DNA from: Bugula neritina
Lineage: Eukaryota > Animalia > Bryozoa
Assembly (NCBI GenBank): GCA_964035545.1
Contig: OZ037766.1
Span: 16,234,722-16,298,721, forward strand
Reading direction: 5' to 3'
Length of the DNA stretch: 64,000 nt
Every line of letters begins with the position of its first letter. Within the stretch, counting starts at the first letter, position 1. The position numbers and the translations under genes were made by a program. The notes under the pieces are model-generated. The model had not been told where the DNA came from and did not search any database. It saw only the letters and a list, made by a program, of their open reading frames with translations. This document shows, one piece after another, positions 1 through 12,800 of the stretch.

Positions 1-2377
1 TATCAAACCCACTACCTCGGGCCTGCTAAGCCAGTGTTCTAGTCCCTATACTTCTGCTGTTCTTTATGTTGATGTATAATTGCAATAATTTACAGCAAAT
101 GTGTTTAAAACAGTAAATTATATGTTTAATACTTCATTAATGATACATTTAAATAAACTATGTAGCCTAATACTATTAATAAGTTTTTGTAGAAACAAAT
201 AATTTCAATGGTCATAAAAATTTAACCCATATTCTAACAATGGATAGTCTGTCCTTAGCTGAGAGGCTTTTTAACAAAAAAATTTACTCAAACATCTCTC
301 TGTGAAGATAATAAAGTAGTTGAAAGTCTAGATATAATGATATGTTATATCCTATACTTGCCAGCATAAAATATCTAATCCTTTGCTAAACAAAGAAAAT
401 GCGTCTTTCATCTAAAGATATGTGGTTGTGCTATGTACTAAGCTGCAGTTTACTCAATTTTAGCAACATAATATTGTTATATATAGTAAACTATGTTGAA
501 CTATATATTTTACAGATTTCATAAATAATCAGCCAACAGCCAAACGGAGGTCCTTCGCCATAGCACAGCTGTTGAGCAAAAGTTTTAATATAACTTAAAG
601 TCAATTAACATACAAAAACCATTTTGTAACATTTGATACCATCACTTTGCCTGAACATAATACTACCTGTGATCAAGATTCTAAGACTAAACACACTGCA
701 GCTGACATTGTGGTGCAGGATCAATACATCAAATTGTGTTAAATTGGAGGAACAAAATATTGTTAAGTCCTAAGTTACAATAGTCTGTGGTTTCAATGAT
801 AATGTCTTAACTCTGTATAGTTACTGTTACATATACTCTATGTAGTTATTATTGTAGTAATTATCTGCATGCCTATTACTATTATAATAATAAAAGTCTT
901 CTTTGAACTTGTAATGAAAGGTTTCTGTATTGTCTTCTAGATGTGCATCAGTCGAGCTCCAGTGGTAGACTGACTTAACACTGGAAACTCGCCCTCTTAT
1001 ATATTAGCTAGTAAATTTTCGGCTCACGCAAATTATTCAGATTAATGCAAAAAATGGGGGGAAGACAATTCAACAAAAACTATTACAGTATTTTATAAGC
1101 AAACAAAAATAGGAAGGACAATTCACAATCATTCCGCTATTCACTACGCTAAGAGCTTAGCTATAATTGCAACACTTGACAGCATTCAAAAAATTACACC
1201 AATTCAATTATGATAATGGCGCAATATAATTATTAGAACTTTCAGAACATAGTGTTGACAATTATTAAAATCCATTACATTATTACTTATACTCTTTATA
1301 GTTATTGTTACATAATGTTGTCTATGTAGCTGCAAAGTTCATAATTGTTGTAACGAAGCTGCCAACCACTGCTGTTACACCTGGTAAGTAGAACGTTTGA
1401 TAAATTTGTATGGTTTTACAGCAAATTTGTCACACTTTGTTTGTCTCCAACGAGCTTGCTTCTAAAAGAACTAAAATTTACAAATAAATAAATAACAGTT
1501 TGAAGTATGAACTCATTATGAAATTTTTATCAAAATAGAGAGTAAATTAGGCTCTAAATTTAATAAATCCCCAAATAAATTTTTTTTTATTTATTTAGTT
1601 ATTATTTGTAGTAAATTTACTTTTTTGCCTTTTTTCAAAACATAAAATTAAGCTGTCTCTCAGAATTTACTAATTGCCAGTACATAGATTTATTTAGAGG
1701 CTGCAGTACACTGTATTATATGAAGATATGTTTTCACTTATTGTAGATGAAGATGCAATACTCCTGTTTACTAACAGATACAACCTCGCCTGTCATTTTC
1801 TCTCAATGACACAGAATTCTACCCTACGACACAGGTGCTGATAAATGCTACTTTGCCCATAGCCTTGGAATTTGACTATTCTACTAGAGAAGTATTCTTT
1901 GGTGCTAGATACTCTATTAACGAGTTTTCTTTACCAGAGCCAGGAAACAATGACTCCTATTCCCGGGCTAGTCTTAAATACTCTTGTTATAACTCATATC
2001 AGTCATTTGCATGATCAAAAAGGTTATCATTATGTTGCTCTTATTATTGATACCATTGTTTTACCTAAATTTTGATAATTCTATAAATCGGTAAATAGTG
2101 AGGTGTGTGGGGGGGGGGGGGGGGGTACCTAGGCAACAGCATAGCTTTACACAGGTGACATATTTAATGAAAAAATGCTTTAGCAATAAAATATGGTTCT
2201 ATTTCAGCAGCTATGTTTTGCATCAAAATTTTGCAAAAGCATATGTTGATAGAACATATATTTTTGTGACAAATACATGAACTCTTGCATGCAACAAATC
2301 TCCATTTATACCGAACATTTATTTTAAGCTACAGCTGCCTATGCAAGACTGCACTCTTTTAGGTGAGCAAAGAGTAA

Positions 2378-3430
2378 CTTAGCAGGTTTTAGCATGTGTA
2401 GATTAGCATATTTGATTTTCAAAGGTTTACTAAATTTGGCACATTTAAGCACATTCAGGCTCTTTTCGGGTTTTTTAACACATTTGGGCACTTCAGAACT
2501 TTTAGCAAGTTATGATAACTAAGCATATTTAGCACAGGTTAGCACATATAACACTTTTTGGCACATTAGGGCACTTTTGAGCATTTGTCAGCACATTCAG
2601 GCAGTTCTAGCACGCTAGGGCACCTTTTAACATATTTGGGCACTTTTCATCACTCTTCAGCACATTAAGGCACTTATTAGCACAGTTGGCACATTTTAAC
2701 ACATTTAGGCTCTTTTCAGCACTTTTAGGCACATCCGGGCACCTATTAGCACAATTATCACATTTTAGCACATTTAGGCTCTTCTCACCACATTTAGTAC
2801 AGTTTAGCACAATTATAGGCACTTTTTGGCACATTTAGGCCCTTTTTTGCACTTTTGAGCACATTAGGGCAACGATTAGCGCATTTAGCACAGTTTAACA
2901 CATTTGTGTACTTTTCCGCCTTTTTTGTTAAATTAGGGCAACTATCAGCATATTTAGCATAGTTTAGGACATTTAGGTTTTTTCAGCAATTTTGAGCACA
3001 TTAGGGCACCCATTTGCACATTTATTCCATCTTGGCACAATTAGGCTCTTCTCAGCACATTTAGCACATTTTAGCAGATTAGGGCACCTATTAGCACCTT
3101 TAGCATATTTTAGCACATTTAGGCTCTTTTCAACACTTTTGAGCACATTTGTGCACTTTTCATCATTTTTCAGCAAGTTAGGGCAACTATTAGCATATTT
3201 AGCACATTTTTGCAGATAAGGGCAACTACTAGCACCTTTAGCACATTTTAGCGGAGTTAAGTTCTTTTCAATGTTTTTGAAAAATTTTTTCACACTTTCA
3301 ACAAGTTAGGGGAACTATTAGCATATTTAGCACAGTTTAGCACATTTAGACACTTCTTGGCACATATAGACTCTTTTTAGCACTTTTCGGCACATTAGGG
3401 CACTTATTAGCACATTTTAGCACATTTTCA
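2378..3430. repeat. Degenerate ~9-bp-unit satellite (ttagcacat/ttagggcac/ttttcagca variants) with higher-order blocks
   Basis: Visible tandem variants over ~1 kb; they explain the repetitive LNVLKCA-type ORFs in the ORF track. Confidence 0.85.
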
Positions 3431-4330
3431 AAGTAACAAACTTGGATTTGAAAACAATTTTTATCTTGGGGAAAGGTTTATTCAAATTACTATAATATTT
3501 TTAAGCCACTAGTTGTTTGCACTAGAATTCAAGCATTGAACGATTCAATTTTGTAATGTTACTAAGTATCAGTGTACAAATTGAATCGTAGCATATTGCA
3601 ATGCCGAAAATCTTTAAATCATATCGAAGCTTTGAAGATTTTTGTAGTCAATTGTTCTATACAGTTTAGTTATAATCAGAAAATATTATATCTGTTAGCA
3701 CTTACTAGTTATGCAATGTAGGCAAAGCCTGGTGCAATATTTAAACAAACTTTTACAAGGAGACAAGCTTAGTTGTAATTAAACTCATAAAACTTCTTGG
3801 ACTGAATGAATGTTTCATACAAGTTGAAGTACTGCATTATAATGCGAGATCAGAAGGTTTGTGCTACGACTGGGTGTACAAGAATCTGTACTGGACAAAC
3901 ACAATATCTGACAGAAATAGGATTTCCAATGCTGCCAACGTCTCAAAAATACTCTATGGAAACTCAGATCCACAATGCACCAGTAACCAATATTTGGACA
4001 ACGCTGCTGATAATGATGTGTGCATTGATGAACCAAGAAGTATAATTGTACACCTACAGATGGTGAGATACTTTAATAATTATTCCTCTTTAAACAATCT
4101 TCTATCAGTAAAAGTTGTCCTACAGGTGAAAAATGGAAAATGACACAGAAATTTAGGCAAACAATTTCTTTGCAAGTTTCTCACTGTTAAAACTTTTATT
4201 AGGGATTATATTTATTTTTCAAAATTGATACATTTTAAAAGGGTTGGATATTTTGGACGGACCGAGCGTAACCCACACATAGCTATGGGTGCTGCAGATG
4301 GAAGCAGTATGCAGAAGATTGCATATAATA

Positions 4331-4750
4331 TTGTAGTGAATTTCACAATTCACTATGTTATGTGGGTCGACTTATACAAAGCTACTACACCAGGTTATTT
4401 ACGTTATGACAAGTTTATTATTTACAAGATACAAGAATTGAATTACTACTACTAACATGAATTAAACGATTACATAATAGCGAGCACTTTACACACAACT
4501 ATCCTAAATGAAGTCCAAAGCTGCTCTGCCCGGCTAGCTACTCAGCGCGCTTCCACTACGAGTAGCTAACTCCACCTGCTACCAATTAGCATGTCAGTCC
4601 TGATTGGTTGTTGCTAGTGGTGCCACTGTCGACCATAGATACAAGTCGCTGGAGGTCGATGTAGTCGATCTCCACAATAACATACAAAATAGAGTCGACC
4701 CTTTCGATATAATAACTAACAATTAATTGCACCACTGAAATTCATTACAA
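4331..4750. mobile_element. 420-bp MITE with TA target-site duplication (Tc1/mariner-like)
   Basis: TIRs ttgtagtgaatttca (4331-4345) / tgaaattcattacaa (4736-4750), 14/15 match; TA at 4329-4330 and 4751-4752; subterminal inverted gggtcgact/agtcgaccc; removal restores the pseudogene frame (AYNMLTKKIVDWVNGLTID). Confidence 0.85.
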
Positions 4751-6842
4751 TATGCTAACAAAGAAGATAGTAGACTGGGTCAATGGTTTAACCATAGATA
4801 GAATAGACGAAACGCCTATATTGTACTGATGCCAAACTGAAAAATGTTTTTACGTGTTCAATCAGTTGTATGTCTAATGCAGAGCAACTACTTGCTTCTG
4901 ATGACAACCTTCTCCGTCGTCCATATGCCATCACTTGGTTTCAGGTAATTAGGGTGTTGGGCAAGTCTTAAGAATTCTATTTTCAAATGCCTTTCCAGTA
5001 TTAACCAATTGTTAACCAAATTATATATATATATAATTAATAGAAAACAACTTGTATATGTCACTTATCCATGTGTTGTACAACTAGTAGATTCGTGCTT
5101 TGAGGCATCTACAAATTACTTTCTTTTTATTAATTGTATAGCTGCTCGTTATGATGTCTACAATAGTTTGAGCCCTTTAAATGCACAGTTAAACAAACCC
5201 ACATACATATATTATACACAAGGCTGGTAACTTATCTACTTGAGCTTGAACTCTACAGCTGCTGCATGCAGGTTGAGGTGTGTGCATGTATGTATAATGT
5301 ATAAAATGATGGTAGAACCTGGTTTACTGGACTGATGGGCAGCAACTATCTATACCAACTGCTTCTAGGTATGAAGCTGGGAGACAATCTAGTGCCAATA
5401 TATCTAAAAGACCTACGAATCGATCAGAAAACATGGATATGAAAATATTTAATGCCTCTGCCCAACCAATCACTACAAATAAATGTCAAACGGCTGCATC
5501 AAGTGGTGATAGTCTGTGTGACCAGATATGTGTTCCCAAAGCCTTCACTACTGCAATATTTCAGTAAGTATTTCAAAGTAATATATTTTGATCAAATACA
5601 TATCTCAACATGACTGGTGAAAAGTACATAACTGCTGGAGTGTTGATATTAATGTAATTTTCATGCAAGAGTATTGATCTAATTGACTCATAAACATCTA
5701 ACTATATTCTATAAAAATTATGAATATCATTTAACAGATCAGAATCCAGTAATTTTAAGCAATAAACATGCTTATGCTATAGTGGCTATCAATTGGCTGA
5801 AGATGGCAGAAGTTGTTTGTCTAAAGTATAGTCTAAAACACTTCTATAGTTCAAAGGTGTTACAAACTAAGGGCATTTCTATTAGAAAAGTCAAACACCC
5901 GACTATCTATTTTAATTTCAATCACAAAATATAAAAGTTGTATAATATGTAATATTATAGTAAAGATTTTTTATCATACACAGTGTTTAACTTTTGGTAA
6001 ACTGTACCATATGGACGGATAGCTAGTAGCAGTAAAATGATTATATGTGTTTTGCAAGTAATAAAATATCACAACAGAGTTAGAGATCTTTGATGGAGAG
6101 GGAAGTAGGACTAGATGAAGGTGTAGAGATCAATGAATGTGAAGCATCTAAGAGACTTTCTTCGGAGCTGCTAGAGTCTGCCAGACCTCCGGTTAAATGT
6201 ATTTTGTCTAAAAATAAAACAAATAGTGTATTAGAAGCATCAGGTAAAGGTAAGTATAGTGGATTAGTACATCAGTTTGCAGAAACAAGTGAGCTTGAAG
6301 CATTATTTGTGAGTAGCTCGATTTCCGGCCTAGAATGAACACACAATGAAAGTCTCGGCGATAAATTATTGGCCTTCGCATTATAAGACTATATTTAGAG
6401 CACCTCTGCCTGCAATAGTATAACTAGAAAATTAGCAAATTGTACAATAAAATACAATTAGTGTAGCACAACTGGCTGCACTAATAGTTTAAATAAATAT
6501 TCATAAAATCGGCTTCAAATTTTCACAAAGTACGACTCAAAATAAAATATTAGATATAAGTAAAACAATGCCCCAAGTGCTCTCACCTTTCGCTTTCTAG
6601 AATAAGCTGAAGCGAAGCAGATGCAAGAGTGAACCATAGTTATAAGGACAACTCATGGATGTCCCAGAATTTGGTCAAGGCTATATTTATAAATTTGGTT
6701 GCGAGAAAGAGAATGACGGCATATGAAAACCAGATGAGTAGAACAAAGATAGTGGGCTTATCATTTTGGTAGTAGAGAAGAGGTGGTTGGTGTTTGCCAG
6801 GCTGCTTGACTGTTGTTACTAGAAGTGTTCATAGAATTCATG

Positions 6843-9800
6843 TCAGACTGCCATATATTACAGAATGGTGGAAATGTGGAGTAAGTATGTTATAATTTGC
6901 AAGTTGTAAGCAAATATTATAAGAGAGGAGAGAAGGTTTGAGAGATACATACACACATTAGATATATGACCATGAAGACTGACCTGGAATGTCATCTTCA
7001 CTGTCTTTAGACTGCTTTCTAGCCAAGTAACCGGAGCTGAGAGTAGAATCGGAGCTAGCAATGCTGACTCTACTCAGAGAATGTGACAGCAGCTCTCTCC
7101 AAGCAGTCGGTTCTTGTCGCAGAACAGAAGTCCTCTCTGCACTGACAGGAACTGGAGGGTTGCTGAGCAGCCGTTGCCTATAGTCGCTCTTTTCTGGATG
7201 AGAGTAGAAGTACCATGCAGATATTGACAGCAGTGTGTTGTGTATATACAGCAATCAGCAGATAATGAGAGAATTTTATATTAAAACTTACTTCTCTAAT
7301 TCAAATGTTACAGATTAGTTCATCAACTGTGTATAAAAAGAAAAGAAAAAAAAATACTCACTTGGAAAAACATCTTTCATACTAGAAACATCGTTCCTGT
7401 AAAAATATGCCAGCAAATAATATCACTTTATTCAATAAGACCAGAGCTAACTGACCATGCACAGGGTATGGCAGACAACAGCACTTTTCAGGTAGTGCAT
7501 CAAGTGCATTACATTAAAAATCTTTAGACAACCATAATGGCCCAAATATGAACATTTAGTTTGACTACTGTAAGTAGGTGTTTTTGAATATATTATCTGA
7601 GTGCTTTGCCTGAGTAGTCCCCTAGAGAATATAGGTGAAAGAGCACTAACCTAGCTGCCATTAGATCAGCAATCTTCTGACTCAGAGTGTGAGACAACTC
7701 CCTATAGTCATGTTTAGTCCGGCCTTCAACACTAGCCAAGTCCTGCAGGTAAATAAAACAGGAAATGGGTCGGTGGATGCATTCCATCAGAGCTACATAT
7801 AGTATAAGTGAAACCTGTCAACACAGGTACTAGTACATTAGCACTTCTACAGCAATACAGACCATATATCCTGTGAAATTAAACAACAATACGAACTGAA
7901 CATATATACTATATTGTTGAAAGTTGAGTTTATTTTGAATGAATATTATAAAAGCAAACTCAACTGAACAAAATCTAACTAACATTCTAGGCAAAAATTT
8001 ATGTTATGTTTCTCACTTTATCATGTTATATTATTTACTATGTTATGTTATCAGTGTATAGCTTCAAATAACCTTGATGGTTTTTTGGGTGTTGGTAAAT
8101 AAAGTCAGTTGTAATTACACGTAAGAATCACAACATACTACTACTATTGCTACTGCCACCACTATTTCCTCTAATCAATTTTAACATTTCTGTGTTTTTC
8201 ACCTATTTTGTTCAATATGAGAACCATCCCTACAACAGCAAAAAGATAACGTGTAAAAGCTAGGCAATCACTGGAATTAAAAATTTAAATATTATATGTA
8301 TTAGTTTAAAAACCGTGCACTAGCGATAAAAAGATTATGTGGAAGTACTTACAGAACTTAATTCATTATGTTTTCTGGATAAATCACTAAAATTATCATT
8401 TAAACTGTTCATCTTTTTCTCCAATCGAGCTAAAATAAAATAAATTCATTAAATAAGATTTAAAACAATCTAGTCAACTGAGAACTTCTATTCATTAAAT
8501 AATAGAAATAATACTAATTAAAACTTTGCTATGAAAATATTTATACCATGCAACTTTGTAATTATATGCAATAAAGAGGCTATTAATCGTGAGAAGACAA
8601 CTTTCAAACAGTGACACTAGATTCACAACCATCAAGGCACATGGTATTGTAGAACTGGCCCAAGTCATGACTGAGTGTCTGCAAGTTCTTGTCTCAAGCA
8701 TTATATTGACTTGATTTGCTCACAACATATTATTGCCATTCCAATTTTGAATTCAAGCAAATCAGAACCTCAAAACATCAATTTAATTTTAACATTTGCA
8801 GCAAGCATAACATTGCTATGCTTTAAAGGTGAGTTAAACTATAATTTCAATATTATTAGAAAGATTCAATGGCTACGATTGCATTTTATAAGTTGCAGCA
8901 GTTATTTGCCATTTTCCACTTATTTTACCAGTATTTAACAATAATGCCTAAAAATAAAAACGGCTATGAAATATTAATTTTGAGCTGCTGAATGGCTTAA
9001 CTACATACTAGTTGTAAAAAAAATTATGTCAATATTTAAATAGTATTAACTTGCTTTACAGAAGACTTATAACTCAACATAAATTGATTTTTATAGTTCA
9101 AGTTGATAAGTACTATATAATTTTAGTTAAATTTTATTTAATATAAGACAAAAGCTCCTTGTTGTTTTATAGGGCTCAGAATTTTTCTTCCTGATGTAGC
9201 ACAAGTGAAGGAAAAGGCCTGATCATATAGTTCAACAGTAAATTGGCTCACAAAAAAACTTTAAATCAGAAGTGCAACTGTGAGGCCAATTCTATTAGAT
9301 AAACGTGGCTATTATAACCATTTTAATGAGCAAAAATGCAAAATATTATATATAAGAGTTCAGGGTTTTTCAAGACAATAAACATGCATACAATATTACA
9401 TAGCAAACATGTGTAGGTCATATGACATACTCATTCTCGTTTTATAGTAGTCCATATCTCTTCTAGCACCCTCCACCTCATCATGGCATACCTGTTTAGC
9501 ATCTATGACTTTGGATACCAGCTCATCTACAGAGTGCCTAGATGCAGTTTGTAAAGTATCAGATTGCTGTTGACGGATTATCTACAACAGATCAGGAAGG
9601 ATTGTTCTAGAATACCTGATTGTATTTAGGAGAGCTATATGCACTTGCTATTCTTACAATCTAAAATAAATGAGAACAGCTATAGATTACCTCTATTACA
9701 AAGGAAAGTGAAAGAATAAAGAGGAAACAACTTCAACAGCTAGTGAAAACCTCCTTCCCATTGTAATTAATATAACACAGGATAATAGAATGTTAGAGTG

Positions 9801-12800
9801 TAGCAGTAAATATTGTACCATTCAAAATGTAACAACATATGTTCTCAATAAACACTACTAATTCACAATAAGCATTACTAATCGGGGTACCAATTGTAGC
9901 AAAATTTATATTTCACATTTAGATAAAAACTGGCCATTCCTGTAAGAAACCCTGATGGAAAGGGTTCTTTTAAGCTGGCTAAGGACTTTTTTCAGTTTTG
10001 TGGCACAGGAGCAACATCCCCAATGACATTCACTAAGCCACCACTCTAACCCCTAGAACACAGCTGCTCCTTTTATATCACATTTAGGTAATGAAAAAAA
10101 GGTAAAATACACATTTTACAAAAAACTTCAGTTTGAAATTTTTCGATCCATTACTGCTGATAGTACTGCTATTGGAAGTGCACAATGGGCAATCGACCAA
10201 GGTTCCAGCATCAATGAAATATTGGCAAAGATGTTGCCATCACAGGGATAGGCAATCTGTGCTGCGTTTAGCCTCTCTATATACTCTATAGCTAGCTATT
10301 GGCTCTGTTACCATGAATAAAACACAAGGACCAATAGTCCAAGTATTGGGACTACTACACAGGGTTAGACTAGTAGTGTTTAGTAGGTAAATATACTAGA
10401 CGAGAAACATCTTGTAGCTTTCAATAATAACAAATTTCAATTAATTATGTTCACTTATTCAGGGCATCTCTTCATGTAATGTACAATTTTTTAATTGTCT
10501 CTTATATTAAGAAAGCTGCACACCCTTGTCTAACTTGTTAGACGAAACAGAACATTGTCCAGTTGTTCAATTTTCAATGATCAACACTGTAACTTCTGAA
10601 TCGTTGCAAAATGGCTACCAGTGGTGCTGTCTGATGTCAGCATTGATTATTTATCCAAATAGACTGCCACAAAATTGACATTTGACAAACAAGTGGTAAT
10701 ACAATTAATTTGAATCGTTAAATCAATTTTAAATAATAATATTATGTATAAAAATAGGATTACGCCATAGTTGTCCAAAATTCGATCAATGACCACATAA
10801 AACAGTAAACAAGATAACAAAAACAGTCTAGCCTTGTGAAATAAGGTCAAAAATATTTGGCAGTCAGCCAGACATTTGCTAAATTGTCAGATGAAATGTG
10901 AGCTGATGAGATTTTCATGCACAATGTACATGTGGAAGAAGAGTAAATACAACAAGCCAGAATGAATAGCTTTAGTGAAGCATGTTTTTCATTCTAAAAG
11001 TATTTCAATGTTGATCAGAAAACCAAAGTGTAGACCATGTATAGATAAAACATAAGAAAATGATAAAGCAATGCAAAAATCCCCCCCCAGACAGCACAAA
11101 GTAAATATTTTAATTTGCAGACTATTAGCATGAAGGAGCTACCAAAAACAGCACCAACTTAAGTTCTGCTATAAAACATTATTAACATAAAATAATATGA
11201 TAAATATGAAATTTCAGTTTTGTGATTTATCACTATGACTAGACTCAACTAACCTGCTGTCTTAGGTTGTTGATTTGTTGCTGTGTTTCTTGCTGCCAAA
11301 TACTCAATTTATTCTCAGTGTCAACATTTACTCCTTTTTCTTCCAATCTGCCTTGAAGCAACTTTATGTCACCTGCCAGACATTCAATCATATTGAGTGA
11401 GATATTGAATGCCCCATAAATATTCAATTGCTTCGATTTTATGCCATTTCAATTTATTTATCACGTAATGACATTTTGAATTTAGTTAATTTCTGCCCAT
11501 ATTTAAGGTGTTTGCCATTTATGATTCCCAAAGTTGAAATTAAGTGTTTAGTATAGTATTCCTCTATAAAGTTTTGCATTGAAAATAGAAAAACCTACTA
11601 CAAAATCTTAAATAAACTCAGGGATTAGAATATGCTCACACAGAGGTGTCCAACCTTTTCGGAGCGAGGACCACTGGAATGGAATATTTCATGGGGAGGA
11701 CCACAATGTAAAATTTAGCTAGGGCTGGAGGCCACAGCATTAGTAACTTTCAAATTTTTTTCTTTCAAATTCCCATGAATCATTACACAATGAAGTCCCA
11801 ATATTATATACTGCAGGCTGCATGTGTTTAGCATATAACAACAAGACATTTAAAAGGTGGGTTTCCTACTCTAATGCATATATATGTGCAAAATAATATG
11901 TTATGCCTTTGGGGGCTAAAGAAATGCAAGCTGGGGCACCTGTTGGACAGCCTTGTGCTGAAGCATCGACTGATAGTATGCTAGCACAGCCTGTGAGTGC
12001 TCATACCTTGAAGATGGTCTATGACGGATTTCTGTTTTTCCTTTTCAGTCTGCAGGAATAGTACAGTCTTAGAAAGGGACTCAATAGTCTAGAAATGTTA
12101 GAACAATGACAAATCAACATAAAACACAGTTTGGATAAGATATGTCAATAAAATATCTCGTTAGCCAACAGCAAAACACTCTACCCCCTCATTCACACTT
12201 ACTTATCGGCCATTTTTAATGTGTCCAGGCTGAAGTTTTCAAAGTCCGCTATTAGGTGCGATCTATGACACTGCATTGGATAATTATATCGAATGAGTTA
12301 ACACAAACGTTTTTCTGTCCAGTAGGAGTTCGCCGCAACATTTTTGAATCAAGCAGTGCTTGATCTTAACGCACCGCAACGCCGTACAGGAAGCTCAGAC
12401 ATTTGTAAAATGGCTGATATTTGCTGATATGGCCTACGGCATGGTAAGTGTGAATGAGAGGTACAGTCTACCCATACAATGGTCACCTGAATAATCAATC
12501 TGCTACTGATGTGCATTTCAACTACTGTGATATATGCATAACTAGAGCAATTCGATATAGGTAGAGAACCGTTATTGCTTATTAAAAAAATTGAACTGTA
12601 CCATCAGAATTTAAAGTATTGATGTCCCATACTAATATTGAAAAATAATTAGATTTGTTTTCTTTTTTTTGTTGAGATTTATGCCATTTGTAGAAATATG
12701 CCAGTCGTCCTACTCTTACACACAGCCAACCTTATGCTGTTGAGAGAGTTTTTCCTCTAGTATAGTAGCCCAAATAGGAGGTCCAACTGACTTATCAGAT

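Larger units (their letters stand above)
1330..5563 (+). pseudogene. Unprocessed (duplicated) pseudogene of the LDLR/VLDLR-like gene; YWTD beta-propeller and start of EGF-C
   Basis: Relic exons at 1747-1966 (DEDAILLFTNRYNL...ALEFDYSTREVFF...FSLPEP; frameshift/stop), ~3823-4062 (EGLCYDWVYKNLYWTN...VCIDEPRSIIVH), ~4242-4944 (GWIFWTD/NPHIAMGAADGSSMQKIAYN...WVNGLTID...LYCTDAKL...PYAITWFQ; frameshifts plus MITE), 5316-5563 (NLVYWTDG...MDMKIF...CDQICVPK). They match in order, strand and intron position the exons of the intact gene at 26161-26378, 26496-26750, 27150-27443 and 28355-28596. Possible 54-nt Thr/Pro exon at 1330-1383. Confidence 0.88.

Noticed and set aside
640-770. Possible decayed LA-repeat exon (TTCDQ...HCGAG...CVK)
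   Set aside because: Needs several frameshifts and lacks the acidic DE motif; too weak to call.
2607-3293. Cys/Lys-rich ORFs resembling zinc-binding or metallothionein-like peptides
   Set aside because: Translations of the 9-bp satellite; no splice or gene context.
6090-6338. 82-aa plus-strand ORF
   Set aside because: Antisense to the 3' UTR of the coiled-coil gene; non-ATG start; no recognisable motif.
6640-6847. Transmembrane-like frame (PTIFVLLIWFSYAVILFLA) suggesting a tail anchor
   Set aside because: Requires a phase-0 donor; the upstream exon ends in phase 1 and its phase-0 frame contains a stop.
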